From an uncultured Candidatus Entotheonella sp. (lineage in GTDB: Bacteria > Tectomicrobia > Entotheonellia > Entotheonellales > Entotheonellaceae), in NCBI GenBank assembly GCA_965217185.1, contig OZ244252.1, forward strand, positions 2,464,001 to 2,528,000: 64,000 nt of DNA, in the 5' to 3' direction. Both the position numbers and the translations under genes were made by a program. Numbering within the stretch: position 1 is the first letter of the stretch; the number at the start of each line of letters is the position of its first letter. The notes under the pieces are model-generated. The model searched no databases. It worked only from the letters and a program-made list of their open reading frames with translations, and was not told where the DNA came from. Shown here one piece after another: positions 1 through 9,296 of the stretch.

Positions 1-579
1 GTAGGCGCCGATGCCGACGGCCACCTGACAAGCGCTGGCGCCGGCGATACCTGCCCCAAGAATGACCACGTGTCCGGGTTTCACGCCGGATGCGCCGCTC
101 AGCAAGACGCCCCGCCCCCCGTTTTGGGCCTGCAGGCTCCACGCTCCAACCTGAATCGCCAAGCGCCCGGCCACTTCGCTCATCGGCGCGAGCAGCGGCA
201 GCGAACCATCTTCCAACTGAATGGTCTCATAGCCAAGCGCCGTCACCTGACGGTCCAGCAACAAGCGGGTGAGTTGTTCTTCGGCGGCGAGATGGAGGTA
301 GGTGAACAGGATCAGGCCGGGGCGCAGAAACGGGTATTCGGCGGCAAGCGGCTCTTTGACCTTGAGGATGAGATCGGCTTGCGTCCAGACCTCTTCGGCG
401 GAATCCAGGAGATGGGCCCCGGCCGCGGCGTACTGCTCATCCGAGAGGCTGCTTCCGACACCGGCTTGGGTTTCAATCACAACGCGGTGACCGTGCGCCG
501 CTAAGGCAGCGACGCCGCTGGGGGTGATGGCGACTCGGTTCTCCTCGGCTTTGATCTCCTTAGGAATGCCGATCATCAT
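1..579 (-). CDS. ald: alanine dehydrogenase, N-terminal part (runs off window start)
   Basis: Manual translation of the minus strand from ATG 579 gives MMIGIPKEIKAEENRVAITPSGV..., with GAGIAG-type NAD-binding motif near the window edge. Confidence 0.9.
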   Translation of the reverse strand, partial: MMIGIPKEIKAEENRVAITPSGVAALAAHGHRVVIETQAGVGSSLSDEQYAAAGAHLLDSAEEVWTQADLILKVKEPLAAEYPFLRPGLILFTYLHLAAEEQLTRLLLDRQVTALGYETIQLEDGSLPLLAPMSEVAGRLAIQVGAWSLQAQNGGRGVLLSGASGVKPGHVVILGAGIAGASACQVAVGIGAY

Positions 580-668
580 AAGGATTTTCCTGGTCGTTGC
601 TTTACATGACGGTAGCTTCGGAAGGGCGGATCGAAGGTTGTGCTAAGCCGGGGTGCCGGCAGGGGGGA

Positions 669-959
669 TCATTTGGCAGTCCGGGCGATGAGTTCCCGCA
701 GGGCTTCCCCGTGGACCGCCGAGGCTTCCCGTTGGATATCTAAGGCGTGCATGGTGGCTTCATGCTGGCTTCTCATTGCTTCCATCGTTTCTTCATGCTG
801 GCTCTTTCGATCTTCTGAGGATTGCCCCATGCGTTTCAAGCCGATGTAGATCAAGCCGCATTGTATGACGCCAATCACGAATCCCAAGCTGGCTTGCAGA
901 AAGGTGCCCATCATCTGCCAGTAGCCCAGGTTCAAGGCGGCGGTTTCATACTCCGTCAC
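669..959 (-). CDS. small hypothetical membrane protein (N-terminal TM helix plus helical tail)
   Basis: 96-aa ORF with AAGGAG RBS, directly downstream of secF. Confidence 0.65.
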   Translation of the reverse strand: MTEYETAALNLGYWQMMGTFLQASLGFVIGVIQCGLIYIGLKRMGQSSEDRKSQHEETMEAMRSQHEATMHALDIQREASAVHGEALRELIARTAK

Positions 960-983
960 GGGCGGCTCCTTGCTCGGTTCTGT

Positions 984-2063
984 CTAACTCGTGCCGCCGA
1001 CGGCGAGGCCGCTGGATTGGCGGCGCGGGGTGCGTTGGTGCCAGTACACGAGCAGCGGGCTGGCGATGAAGAGGGTGGAGAAGGTTCCTGCAATGACGCC
1101 GACGAATAGGGCGAAGGCAAAGCCGCGGATAACCTCGCCACCGAGGACGAGCAGAGACACGATGACGATGAGAGTCAGGCCCGAAGTGAGAATCGTGCGG
1201 CTGAGGGTTTGATTGAGGCTTTCGTTGACGACCGACGGAAAGTCGTCCCAACGCCGGCTGCGCATGTTTTCGCGCACGCGGTCGAAGATGACGATGGTGT
1301 CGTTCAGGGAGTAGCCGATGATGGTCAGCAGTGCCGCCACCACCTGCAGGTCGAATTCGCGGTTGAAGATCGACAGCAGGCCCACGGTGACGAGCACGTC
1401 GTGATACACGGCAACCAGCGCTGCCAGCGCGTAGTGCAGCCGCAGCAGCAAGCTGAATGCCGTCGTGACGGCCAGGGCGACGACGATCAGAACGGTGGGG
1501 GAGACGTTGGGCAGCCACTGCATGATCGGATACGTCACGATGAAAATGGTTCCCGCCAAGGCGAGCGAAATGAGCCACTTGGCCTCAAAGCGTCCGGACA
1601 GATAGATCACGATACCCAGCACGGCGTAAAACAGGGCAAACAGCGCCTTGCGCCGCAAATCCGCGCTGACCTGCGGCCCCACCACCTCCACCCGCAGAAT
1701 TTCAACCTGCTGCTGCGGGAATTTCTGCTGCAAGGCTTCCTGCAACTGCACCGCGATGTAGGAAATTTCTTCGTTCGACTGCGCTACCCGAATCAGCACT
1801 TCGTCGTTGCCGCCGAAATGCTGCACGATGCTCTGCTCCAGACCCACCGGTGCCAGCGCCTCGCGCACCACGCCGAGTTCCACGTCTTGTCCGAAGCCCA
1901 GGTGCAGCAGGGTGCCGCCGCTGAAGTCGATGCCCTGTTTCAGGCCGCCGTACAGCGCGATAGAGCCCAAGCCGAGAAGGATGACGACCGCGGAGGCGAT
2001 GACACAGACCTTGGTCTTGCCGATGAAATCGATACGTAGTCCGCTGGGGATCAATTCAAGCAT
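984..2063 (-). CDS. secF: protein translocase subunit SecF
   Basis: GIDFSGG, VGPQVS and GYSLNDTIVIFDRVRE motifs. Confidence 0.97.
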   Translation of the reverse strand: MLELIPSGLRIDFIGKTKVCVIASAVVILLGLGSIALYGGLKQGIDFSGGTLLHLGFGQDVELGVVREALAPVGLEQSIVQHFGGNDEVLIRVAQSNEEISYIAVQLQEALQQKFPQQQVEILRVEVVGPQVSADLRRKALFALFYAVLGIVIYLSGRFEAKWLISLALAGTIFIVTYPIMQWLPNVSPTVLIVVALAVTTAFSLLLRLHYALAALVAVYHDVLVTVGLLSIFNREFDLQVVAALLTIIGYSLNDTIVIFDRVRENMRSRRWDDFPSVVNESLNQTLSRTILTSGLTLIVIVSLLVLGGEVIRGFAFALFVGVIAGTFSTLFIASPLLVYWHQRTPRRQSSGLAVGGTS

Positions 2064-2078
2064 GGTGGATGAACCTGT

Positions 2079-3641
2079 CTAAACGCTCAGTCGGTTGACT
2101 TGCCGCAGACTGAAGACCGTTTCGAAGATGGTGCGGCTGACAAACACCGCGGTGAACATGCTGGCCGACAGGCCGATGCTGAGGGTGACGGCAAAGCCCT
2201 TGACGGGTCCCGAGCCGAACTGGAACAGTACCAAGGCGCCGATCAGGGTGGTGACGTTGGCGTCGAGAATGGCTGTGAAGGCCCTGCCGAAGCCCGCGTC
2301 GACGGCGCCGCGCACCGACTTGCCCAGCCGCAATTCTTCGCGGATACGCTCGAAAATCAAGACGTTGGCGTCGATGGCCATGCCGAGGGTCAAGAGGATG
2401 CCGGCGATGCCCGGCAGCGTCAGCGTGGCACCGAGGCCGGGGAGCGCCATGACGCCCATCAGGATGAGCAGGTTCAGACCCAGGGCGACGTCGGCGACGA
2501 GGCCGGACATGCGGTAATAGACCAGCATGAAAAGGATGACCAGCGCGCCGCCGAGGAGGGTTGAACGCAGGCCCCGGCTGATCGAATCGCTGCCCAGCGA
2601 TGGGCCGACGGTGCGGTTTTCAATGATGCTGACCGGCGCCGGCAGGGCGCCTTCGCGCAGCACGATGGCCAGGTCGCGCGCTTCTTCCGGGGTGAACGTG
2701 CCGGTGATTTGCGCCTCGCCGCCGAGAATGGGTTCCTGGATCACCGGCGCCGAGAAGATAGTGTCGTCGAGGACGATTGCCAACGCGCGCCCGACGTTTT
2801 CCTGCGTCAGGCGGGCGAACAGGCGCTTGCCGCGGCTGTTGAGCCGCATCTGCACGTAATACTGTCCGAACTGAAATTGATCAGGCAGGGCGCGGGCGTC
2901 GGCCAGCATGTTGCCGGTGAGCCCGGCGCGGCGCTCGACGATGTAGGCCTGGCCCTGGACCAGTAGCTGCGTCTGCGGGTCTTTCTCCTTTTCATAAAGA
3001 ATTTCGGTGCCGGGCGGGGCGGGCTCGTTGGCGTTGATGGCCAGCGACTGCACCAGCTTGAATTCCAACTGGGCGGTCCTGCCGATCAGGTCGATGGCAC
3101 GCTGGGCGTCTTCGAGACCGGGGAGCTGGATGACGATGCGATGGGCGCCTTGCCGACTGATGCTGGGCTCGCTAACCCCGAAGGCGTCCACGCGGTTACG
3201 GATTTTCTCGAGCGCCTGATTCACCGCGTCGCCGCGAATCTGGTTCAGTTCATCGGCTGGGATCTCATACGTCCAGACCTCCGGGGATTGCTCAACGGCT
3301 TGGGAAAAAGGCAGTGCGTTCAGCACGGCGTCATTCACCGCCACCCGCTCGGGCGACTCGCGAAACAGCAGGCGAATCCCCTGCTGGTTGTAGGGCTCCA
3401 CGGCCACAATGGGAACGCCGGCGGCCAGCAGGTCCTTGCGAACGGTTTCGGCGGTACGCTCGAGGGATTGCTCCACCGCCTTGTCAACCTGTACCTCCAG
3501 CACCAAGTGCAAGCCGCCGCGCAAATCCAGCCCCAGCGAGATTTTCTCCCCCGGCGGCATGGACAGAATCAGGCTGGCAACAATCACGACGCCTACAACG
3601 GCGAGTTTAATCGATAAGGTCCGTCCCACGTTTTCTCCCAC
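2079..3641 (-). CDS. secD: protein translocase subunit SecD (start approximate)
   Basis: LGLDLRGG, RVDAFGVSEP and DANVLIFERIREE motifs. Confidence 0.97.
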   Translation of the reverse strand: MGENVGRTLSIKLAVVGVVIVASLILSMPPGEKISLGLDLRGGLHLVLEVQVDKAVEQSLERTAETVRKDLLAAGVPIVAVEPYNQQGIRLLFRESPERVAVNDAVLNALPFSQAVEQSPEVWTYEIPADELNQIRGDAVNQALEKIRNRVDAFGVSEPSISRQGAHRIVIQLPGLEDAQRAIDLIGRTAQLEFKLVQSLAINANEPAPPGTEILYEKEKDPQTQLLVQGQAYIVERRAGLTGNMLADARALPDQFQFGQYYVQMRLNSRGKRLFARLTQENVGRALAIVLDDTIFSAPVIQEPILGGEAQITGTFTPEEARDLAIVLREGALPAPVSIIENRTVGPSLGSDSISRGLRSTLLGGALVILFMLVYYRMSGLVADVALGLNLLILMGVMALPGLGATLTLPGIAGILLTLGMAIDANVLIFERIREELRLGKSVRGAVDAGFGRAFTAILDANVTTLIGALVLFQFGSGPVKGFAVTLSIGLSASMFTAVFVSRTIFETVFSLRQVNRLSV

Positions 3642-3668
3642 GCATGGCCCGCAAATAGCGTTGCCGGA

Positions 3669-4031
3669 TCAGGCGTCCTGCACCACCTGATCGACATAAT
3701 CGCGCCGCATCTTCAGCTTCATGCCGTTGCCCAGTTCAAGACGCAGTGATTTCTCTTCAACCTTGTCAATAACACCTTCGAGCCCGCCGCGGGTAACGAT
3801 GCGGTCGCCCTTCTTGAGGCCCGCGACCAGTTGCTGGAATTCCTTACGCTGCTTCTGCTGCGGACGGAAAATCAGGAAGTAAAAAATGAGGATGAGAGGG
3901 AGGAAAAGGAACAGCGAACTCAGTAAATCACCCGCCCCGCCGAATATCGACCCTTGAGCGTACGCAATATCTACCCACAAAACAGGATTCCTTACCCGAG
4001 ATGGATGCCGCCAAAGGTGCGAATATAGCAT
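3669..4031 (-). CDS. yajC: preprotein translocase subunit YajC (true start probably further inside the ORF)
   Basis: FYFLIFRPQQKQRK and LKKGDRIVTRGGL motifs; upstream of secD. Confidence 0.93.
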   Translation of the reverse strand: MLYSHLWRHPSRVRNPVLWVDIAYAQGSIFGGAGDLLSSLFLFLPLILIFYFLIFRPQQKQRKEFQQLVAGLKKGDRIVTRGGLEGVIDKVEEKSLRLELGNGMKLKMRRDYVDQVVQDA

Positions 4032-4236
4032 TGAGGCTGCTGAAAAGCACGGTCAAAATCGGCACTTCGTTCTCGAATGAGAAGGTCTATTTTCTGCGTC
4101 TTGTCTTATCCACCCTGCTAATCTATGATCTACCGCCTTTTTAGCAGGGCGTTGTGGAGCGGAGAGGGTCCGCCGTGCCAAAGGATCGTATGGCGGGCGC
4201 TGCGAGCTTGCCTGAAGGGATAGGGGGAAGAGGGCC

Positions 4237-5871
4237 ATGGCCCGCAACGAACAGGACTGGCGGATCAGCACGGTGCGGTTTTACGAATCGCTCTACGCCT
4301 GTGTGTGGCAAACCCTGGAGGGCCTGCTGGGCGCCGCGGCAACGCTGGAACTCGTTGCCCTGAGCCCGAATGCGCTGCGTGAGCGTTATCCGTTTCTGTC
4401 GTATTTCGCGTGGTCCGTACAAGGGTTGGAACCGGGCAGTATGGCGAAGGCCGTTGCCGGCCAGCGGCGGGAGCAGGTGCACGCCGGTTGTGAACGGTTC
4501 TTGCAGAGTGTGCACACCGTAGCGCGCGAGATCGGCGGAGATACCCTGGCGCAGCGTCTGGCGGCGGCAACCGAGCAGCAAAGGGCCGTCCTCGAAGGCG
4601 CGAATGGCTCCCAGCCTGCCGTCGAGGAAGCGGAGGCCGTCGCATCCACACCCGAGGCGGCGCTGCCACTGCTGCAGGACATGGCACGGCAAGCGCTGCG
4701 ACTGTATGGCCGCCTGCAAGCACAGCCAAGCCTGCCGTTTACCATCCAGGCCGTCGCCCACAGCGCCGCACCCCAAGCCATCGGCCCGCTTGTCGACATC
4801 CCCGAGGCCTCCAAGGATTTGGCCCGCTCCGAGGCTTTCTATCACGGCCTGTTTGACCTGTCCCCCGACGGTGTGGTTGTCACCAATTCCACCGGCATCA
4901 TTCTGAAAGCCAATCCACGCGCCGCCGAGTTGCTGGAGTTCGATGCCCCGGAGGTCATGGTCGGGCTGGACGCCGTGGAGTTCTACGTGCATCCCGAACA
5001 GCGCCTGGTGCTGCTGGAGCAGGTCACCCAGCGCCACCATGTCGAGGGCCGCGGTAGCGAGCTCCGCACCCGCCGCGGACGCACCATCATCGTCCAGGCA
5101 TCCACGCGTCTTATCGAATACGAAGGGCAAGTCTGCCTGCTTTCTGTGTTCCGCGACGTCACTGAACGTGCCCGACTGCGGCAGGAGATGGAGGATTTCG
5201 CCTACTCCGCCAGCCACGATTTGCAGGCGCCGCTGCGCACTTTCGAGGGCTACGCGCGCTGGCTCGTCGACGACTACGGCGAGGTTCTGGGCGAGGCGGG
5301 TCGCCAGTTGTGCGAGGAAATCATCGACGACGCCTTGCACATGAAGAAGCTGCTCGACGGTCTGCTTGAATACTCCCGCATCGGGCGCATTCATACCCAG
5401 GCGGTGGACGTGGACGTGCGGCAGGTACTCGACCGGGTGCTGCATGATTTGCAACTCGAAGTGACCGATACGGGGGCGGACGTCCAACTGCCCGAGCCGC
5501 TGCCCACCGTCATGTATTCCGAGGTGCGGCTGGTGCAGATTTTCAGCAACTTGATCAGCAACGCGCTTAAATTCACCAACGGCGAAGCGCCGCGCGTGAC
5601 CGTGGCGTGCGAAGACCAGGAGCGGTACTACCGTTTTGCGGTGAGCGACAATGGCATCGGCATCGCCGAGGAGCATTTCGGACGCATTTTCGAGATTTTC
5701 AAACGGCTGCACACCCGTGAGGCATATCCGGGCACCGGCGCCGGGCTGACCATCGTGAAAAAGATCGTCGAGTCGAATGGCGGCCAGGTCGGGGTGGAGT
5801 CGGCGCCGGGCGTCGGCTCGACGTTCTGGTTCACGATTCCGAAAACGGAGGGCTCACCATGCGCCGCCTGA
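4237..5871 (+). CDS. PAS-domain sensor histidine kinase
   Basis: PAS domain, H-box ASHDLQAPL, N-box NLISNALKF, G-boxes DNGIG and GTGAGL. Confidence 0.93.
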   Translation: MARNEQDWRISTVRFYESLYACVWQTLEGLLGAAATLELVALSPNALRERYPFLSYFAWSVQGLEPGSMAKAVAGQRREQVHAGCERFLQSVHTVAREIGGDTLAQRLAAATEQQRAVLEGANGSQPAVEEAEAVASTPEAALPLLQDMARQALRLYGRLQAQPSLPFTIQAVAHSAAPQAIGPLVDIPEASKDLARSEAFYHGLFDLSPDGVVVTNSTGIILKANPRAAELLEFDAPEVMVGLDAVEFYVHPEQRLVLLEQVTQRHHVEGRGSELRTRRGRTIIVQASTRLIEYEGQVCLLSVFRDVTERARLRQEMEDFAYSASHDLQAPLRTFEGYARWLVDDYGEVLGEAGRQLCEEIIDDALHMKKLLDGLLEYSRIGRIHTQAVDVDVRQVLDRVLHDLQLEVTDTGADVQLPEPLPTVMYSEVRLVQIFSNLISNALKFTNGEAPRVTVACEDQERYYRFAVSDNGIGIAEEHFGRIFEIFKRLHTREAYPGTGAGLTIVKKIVESNGGQVGVESAPGVGSTFWFTIPKTEGSPCAA

Positions 5872-6299
5872 CCGTGCTACTCGTGGAGGACAATCCGCGC
5901 GACGTGCGCCTGACGGAACGGGCCTTCGCGCAGGCCAACATCTCGCACGACCTGCGGGTGGTGCGAGATGGCGACGAGGCGCTGGAATATCTGCGCCGCG
6001 AGGGCGCCTACACGGTTTCCACCAACTCGCCGCGCCCGGACATGATCCTGCTCGATCTCAACCTGCCGCGCATGGGCGGGCATGAACTCATGCAACACGT
6101 CAAGCAGGACCTGCGCTTCCGGCAGATGCCCATTATCGTTCTGACGACGTCCGGGCGTCCCGATGACGTGCGCCAAGCTTATGAGAACGGCGCCAACGCC
6201 TATCTGCTGAAACCCGTTGAATTCAGCCGCTTTACGGAGGTCATTGGCCACTTGGCGAGTTTCTGGCTGGAAACGGTCGAATTGCCGCCGGAATTATAG
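5859..6299 (+). CDS. single-domain response regulator (Rcp1-like)
   Basis: LLVEDN, LLDLNLP, LTTS and YLLKP motifs; overlaps the kinase stop. Confidence 0.93.
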   Translation: MRRLTVLLVEDNPRDVRLTERAFAQANISHDLRVVRDGDEALEYLRREGAYTVSTNSPRPDMILLDLNLPRMGGHELMQHVKQDLRFRQMPIIVLTTSGRPDDVRQAYENGANAYLLKPVEFSRFTEVIGHLASFWLETVELPPEL

Positions 6300-6333
6300 A
6301 GAAGGTCTGACAGCCTCAGGAGGAAACAACACG

Positions 6334-6828
6334 ATGGCAACCCCGTCCTACCGACTCTTGGTGATTGATGATTCAAAGCGTGACACGCTGCTGCTCGAGC
6401 GCATTCTGCAACAGGCCGATGATGCCAGTTTTACGATCACCCACAGCGATTCGGCACACGCCGGGCTGGAAGAACTCGTCTCGCAGACCTACGACTTGGT
6501 GCTGCTGGATTACTATCTGCCGGATATGGACGGCTTGGCTTTTTTGGCAGAGAAACAACAGCGGGGTATGGCAACGCCGGTGATCATGCTGACGGCTTTC
6601 GGCGAGGAACGCCTGCCGGTGGCGGCCATGCAGGCCGGCGCGCAGGATTATTTCCGTAAGGATCAGGTGAACTCGGGATTGCTCGGCAAGGCCATCCAGC
6701 AGGCAATCGAAAAAGCCCGCCTGCAGACCAGCGCCGCCGCCGATGCCGAACGAATGCGCGAGATGGAAGAGACGGTAGCCCGGCTGCAGGCCCAACTGCA
6801 GGCATTGCAACAGGATAAAGGAGCGTGA
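6334..6828 (+). CDS. response regulator receiver with C-terminal coiled coil
   Basis: LVIDD, LLDYYLPDMDG and MLTAFG motifs; GGAGG RBS. Confidence 0.9.
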   Translation: MATPSYRLLVIDDSKRDTLLLERILQQADDASFTITHSDSAHAGLEELVSQTYDLVLLDYYLPDMDGLAFLAEKQQRGMATPVIMLTAFGEERLPVAAMQAGAQDYFRKDQVNSGLLGKAIQQAIEKARLQTSAAADAERMREMEETVARLQAQLQALQQDKGA

Positions 6829-6840
6829 GGCAGGTATGCG

Positions 6841-7725
6841 TCAGGCTTCGGGCGGCTTCAGGATCGCCTCGATCTGCGGCGCGATTTCCGGGCTGAGCGC
6901 CCCTTTTTCAACGCCGAACGGCACCGCGGCGCGGGCCAGCTCGCGGTACAAGGGCAGCACCTCAGGCGCGCGAGCGGCCAACGTCTCGACGTGTTTGCGA
7001 ATCGTTCCCAGATCGCCTCGCACATAGGGCCCGGCAACTGCGCCGGGCACGCCCGATCGTTCCAGGTTGTTTACCACGCCTCGCATCATTGGCACCAACG
7101 CCTCAACCCCCTCGGCCCGCGAGTATCCGCACTGCTCCCACAATTGCGCCGCGGTGGCCGCCAGACACGTCAGCAGATTGCCCATCATGACGCCTGTCAG
7201 GTGGTAGAGCGCCTTGTCCCTGGAGTTCAGGAACACCGGCCTGCCGCCGATGGCCCGCGCCATGTCCGCCAGCGCCGCCCGCACTTCCGGATTGCCCTCG
7301 ATGCCGAACGTCGTTCCCGGAATGCTGTCCACGCCGTTTTCCACCGACGAAAATGCCTGCAGCGGGTGAAATGCCCCCGCCTCCGCTCCTTGGCTCACCG
7401 GATGCCGGAACACGTCCAGCGACGTGGCCCCGGAGCAGTGAATCACCCCCTGTCCGGGTCGCCACCTCACGCCATCTGCAACGCTCCGAATGGCGTCATC
7501 CGCCGTGCTGATGACGACCAGTTGCGCGGCGTCTGCCACTCCCTGAGCCGCGTGATATGCCTGGCATCCGTCGATGCGCTTGGCGAAGCGCTGCGCCGAA
7601 GCGAACGTCCGGCTCCCAATAGCCACGACTCGATAACCGGCGCGCGACAAGCACACGCCCAGGGAGCCCCCAACCGCCCCGGCGCCGATAAAGCCGATTG
7701 TCGATGTGCGGTCGAACAATGCCAT
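6841..7725 (-). CDS. Rossmann-like plus DUF2520 oxidoreductase (PanG-like)
   Basis: GAGAVG, HCSGA, FHPLQAF and GPYVRGD motifs. Confidence 0.85.
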   Translation of the reverse strand: MALFDRTSTIGFIGAGAVGGSLGVCLSRAGYRVVAIGSRTFASAQRFAKRIDGCQAYHAAQGVADAAQLVVISTADDAIRSVADGVRWRPGQGVIHCSGATSLDVFRHPVSQGAEAGAFHPLQAFSSVENGVDSIPGTTFGIEGNPEVRAALADMARAIGGRPVFLNSRDKALYHLTGVMMGNLLTCLAATAAQLWEQCGYSRAEGVEALVPMMRGVVNNLERSGVPGAVAGPYVRGDLGTIRKHVETLAARAPEVLPLYRELARAAVPFGVEKGALSPEIAPQIEAILKPPEA

Positions 7726-7737
7726 GCAAATGTCCCT

Positions 7738-9111
7738 CTAACCTGGCCTGCGGGGGAATTCGAGCAGTGCCTGCTCGACGACCTCCGTGAGAGCCGGGTG
7801 GATGTAGATCGTGCCGGCCATGTCGTCAACCGTCTGGCCGTACTTCATGCCCTGCACCAGCGGCTGGATGAGCAGCGATGCGTGCGGCCCCATGATGTGC
7901 GCGCCAAGCAGCAGGCGGCTGTCCGGGTCGGCGATCAGCTTGACGAAGCTGTCGGTGTCATCCATGGCCCAACCGTAAGCGATGTCGGCGTACGGGCGGC
8001 GCGCCGTCATGTACGGACGGCCTTGCCGCACGACATCGCGTTCGGTGAGGCCGACGGCGGCCACCTGCGGGGCGCTGAAAACTGCATTGGGGACGCCGTC
8101 GTAATCGACCGGCAGCTTATCGCCGCCCACGAGATGCCGCGCGATGGCCCTGGCCTCGGCGTTGGCAATGTGCTTGAGCGGGTGGCGGGAAGCCAGGTCG
8201 CCGAACGCAAAAATGCCGGGGACGTTGGTTTCCATGCCAGCGTCGGTCAACACGCGCCCGCGGGCGTCCACCTCGATGCCGGCGGCGGCAACGTTCAGGG
8301 TATCCGAATTAGGCCGCCGCCCGCTGGCGATGAGCACGGCATCGACCCTGACCGTGCGGGGCGCGTCGTCCACCTCGACCTGCGCGGCGATGCGGCCATT
8401 CTCCGGGTTGACGCTGCGAACCTGGGTGTGCAGCAGGACGTTGAACCGCCGCTGGCAAATACGGGTAAATGCCTGCGCCACGTGGTCGTCCTGGCGCTTG
8501 ATGAGCGCGCCGCCGTGATCGGTGAGGGTAACTTGCGTTCCCAGCGAGCCGAAGAAGTGCGCCATTTCCACGCCGATGTATCCACCGCCGATGATCAACA
8601 GCGAGTGCGGCTGCGTCTCAAGGCGCATGATGGTGTCCGACGTATGGTACGCGATGCTTTCCAGCCCTGGAATATCCGGCACCACCGGCCGCGCCCCGGC
8701 ACCGAGCACGATGCGTTCCGCGGTGATCTGGTGCTCGCCCGTCTCCAGAACGTACGGCGCCACGAACTGGGCGGGGGCGTCGTATACCGTCACGTGCGGC
8801 TGCGACCGGCGGTATTGCGCCCCCGCCTCGGCAACGGGATCGATTTTCTCCCACACGCGGCCCACGAGCCGCTGCCAATCCACCCGCTCCAGGGTATGGC
8901 GCAACCCCAAATGCGCGCCGTGGCGCGCCATTTCGGCTACTTCCGCCGCATACAGCAACATCTTGGATGGGATGCACCCGCGGTTCAGACACGTGCCGCC
9001 GAACTTGTCCGGTTCTACGATCGCCAGCCGCCACGTATCCATTTCCGGCACCGGAATCATGTTCCCGGAACCCGCGCCAACGATGATCAGGTCATAGTTT
9101 TCTGTGTTCAT
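7738..9111 (-). CDS. flavoprotein disulfide reductase, mycothione-reductase-like
   Basis: GAGSGN, GGTCLNRGCIPSKM, YADIAYGWAM and IHPALTEVVE, resembling actinobacterial Mtr. Confidence 0.8.
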   Translation of the reverse strand: MNTENYDLIIVGAGSGNMIPVPEMDTWRLAIVEPDKFGGTCLNRGCIPSKMLLYAAEVAEMARHGAHLGLRHTLERVDWQRLVGRVWEKIDPVAEAGAQYRRSQPHVTVYDAPAQFVAPYVLETGEHQITAERIVLGAGARPVVPDIPGLESIAYHTSDTIMRLETQPHSLLIIGGGYIGVEMAHFFGSLGTQVTLTDHGGALIKRQDDHVAQAFTRICQRRFNVLLHTQVRSVNPENGRIAAQVEVDDAPRTVRVDAVLIASGRRPNSDTLNVAAAGIEVDARGRVLTDAGMETNVPGIFAFGDLASRHPLKHIANAEARAIARHLVGGDKLPVDYDGVPNAVFSAPQVAAVGLTERDVVRQGRPYMTARRPYADIAYGWAMDDTDSFVKLIADPDSRLLLGAHIMGPHASLLIQPLVQGMKYGQTVDDMAGTIYIHPALTEVVEQALLEFPRRPG

Positions 9112-9296
9112 TGCGAAACTCCTCAGCTATCTTCTGCATTACAGATACATCATAGATAACGATTTTGGGCTTGCTCATCTTTCAGCCAATTCGGTAAAGT
9201 GGCGCGTTTCCAACTGCAAGCCGCGCGGGATTCAGCACGCCTCGCTAGAAGCCCCACGAGGGCAGGTGACTCAGGTCTGAAGGAGCTGGCAACATC

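Noticed and set aside
6991..9159. 722-aa plus-strand ORF and similar long antisense ORFs (4141-5712, 9399-11024, 20265-22667)
   Set aside because: Shadow ORFs opposite well-supported genes in GC-rich DNA; no recognisable motifs
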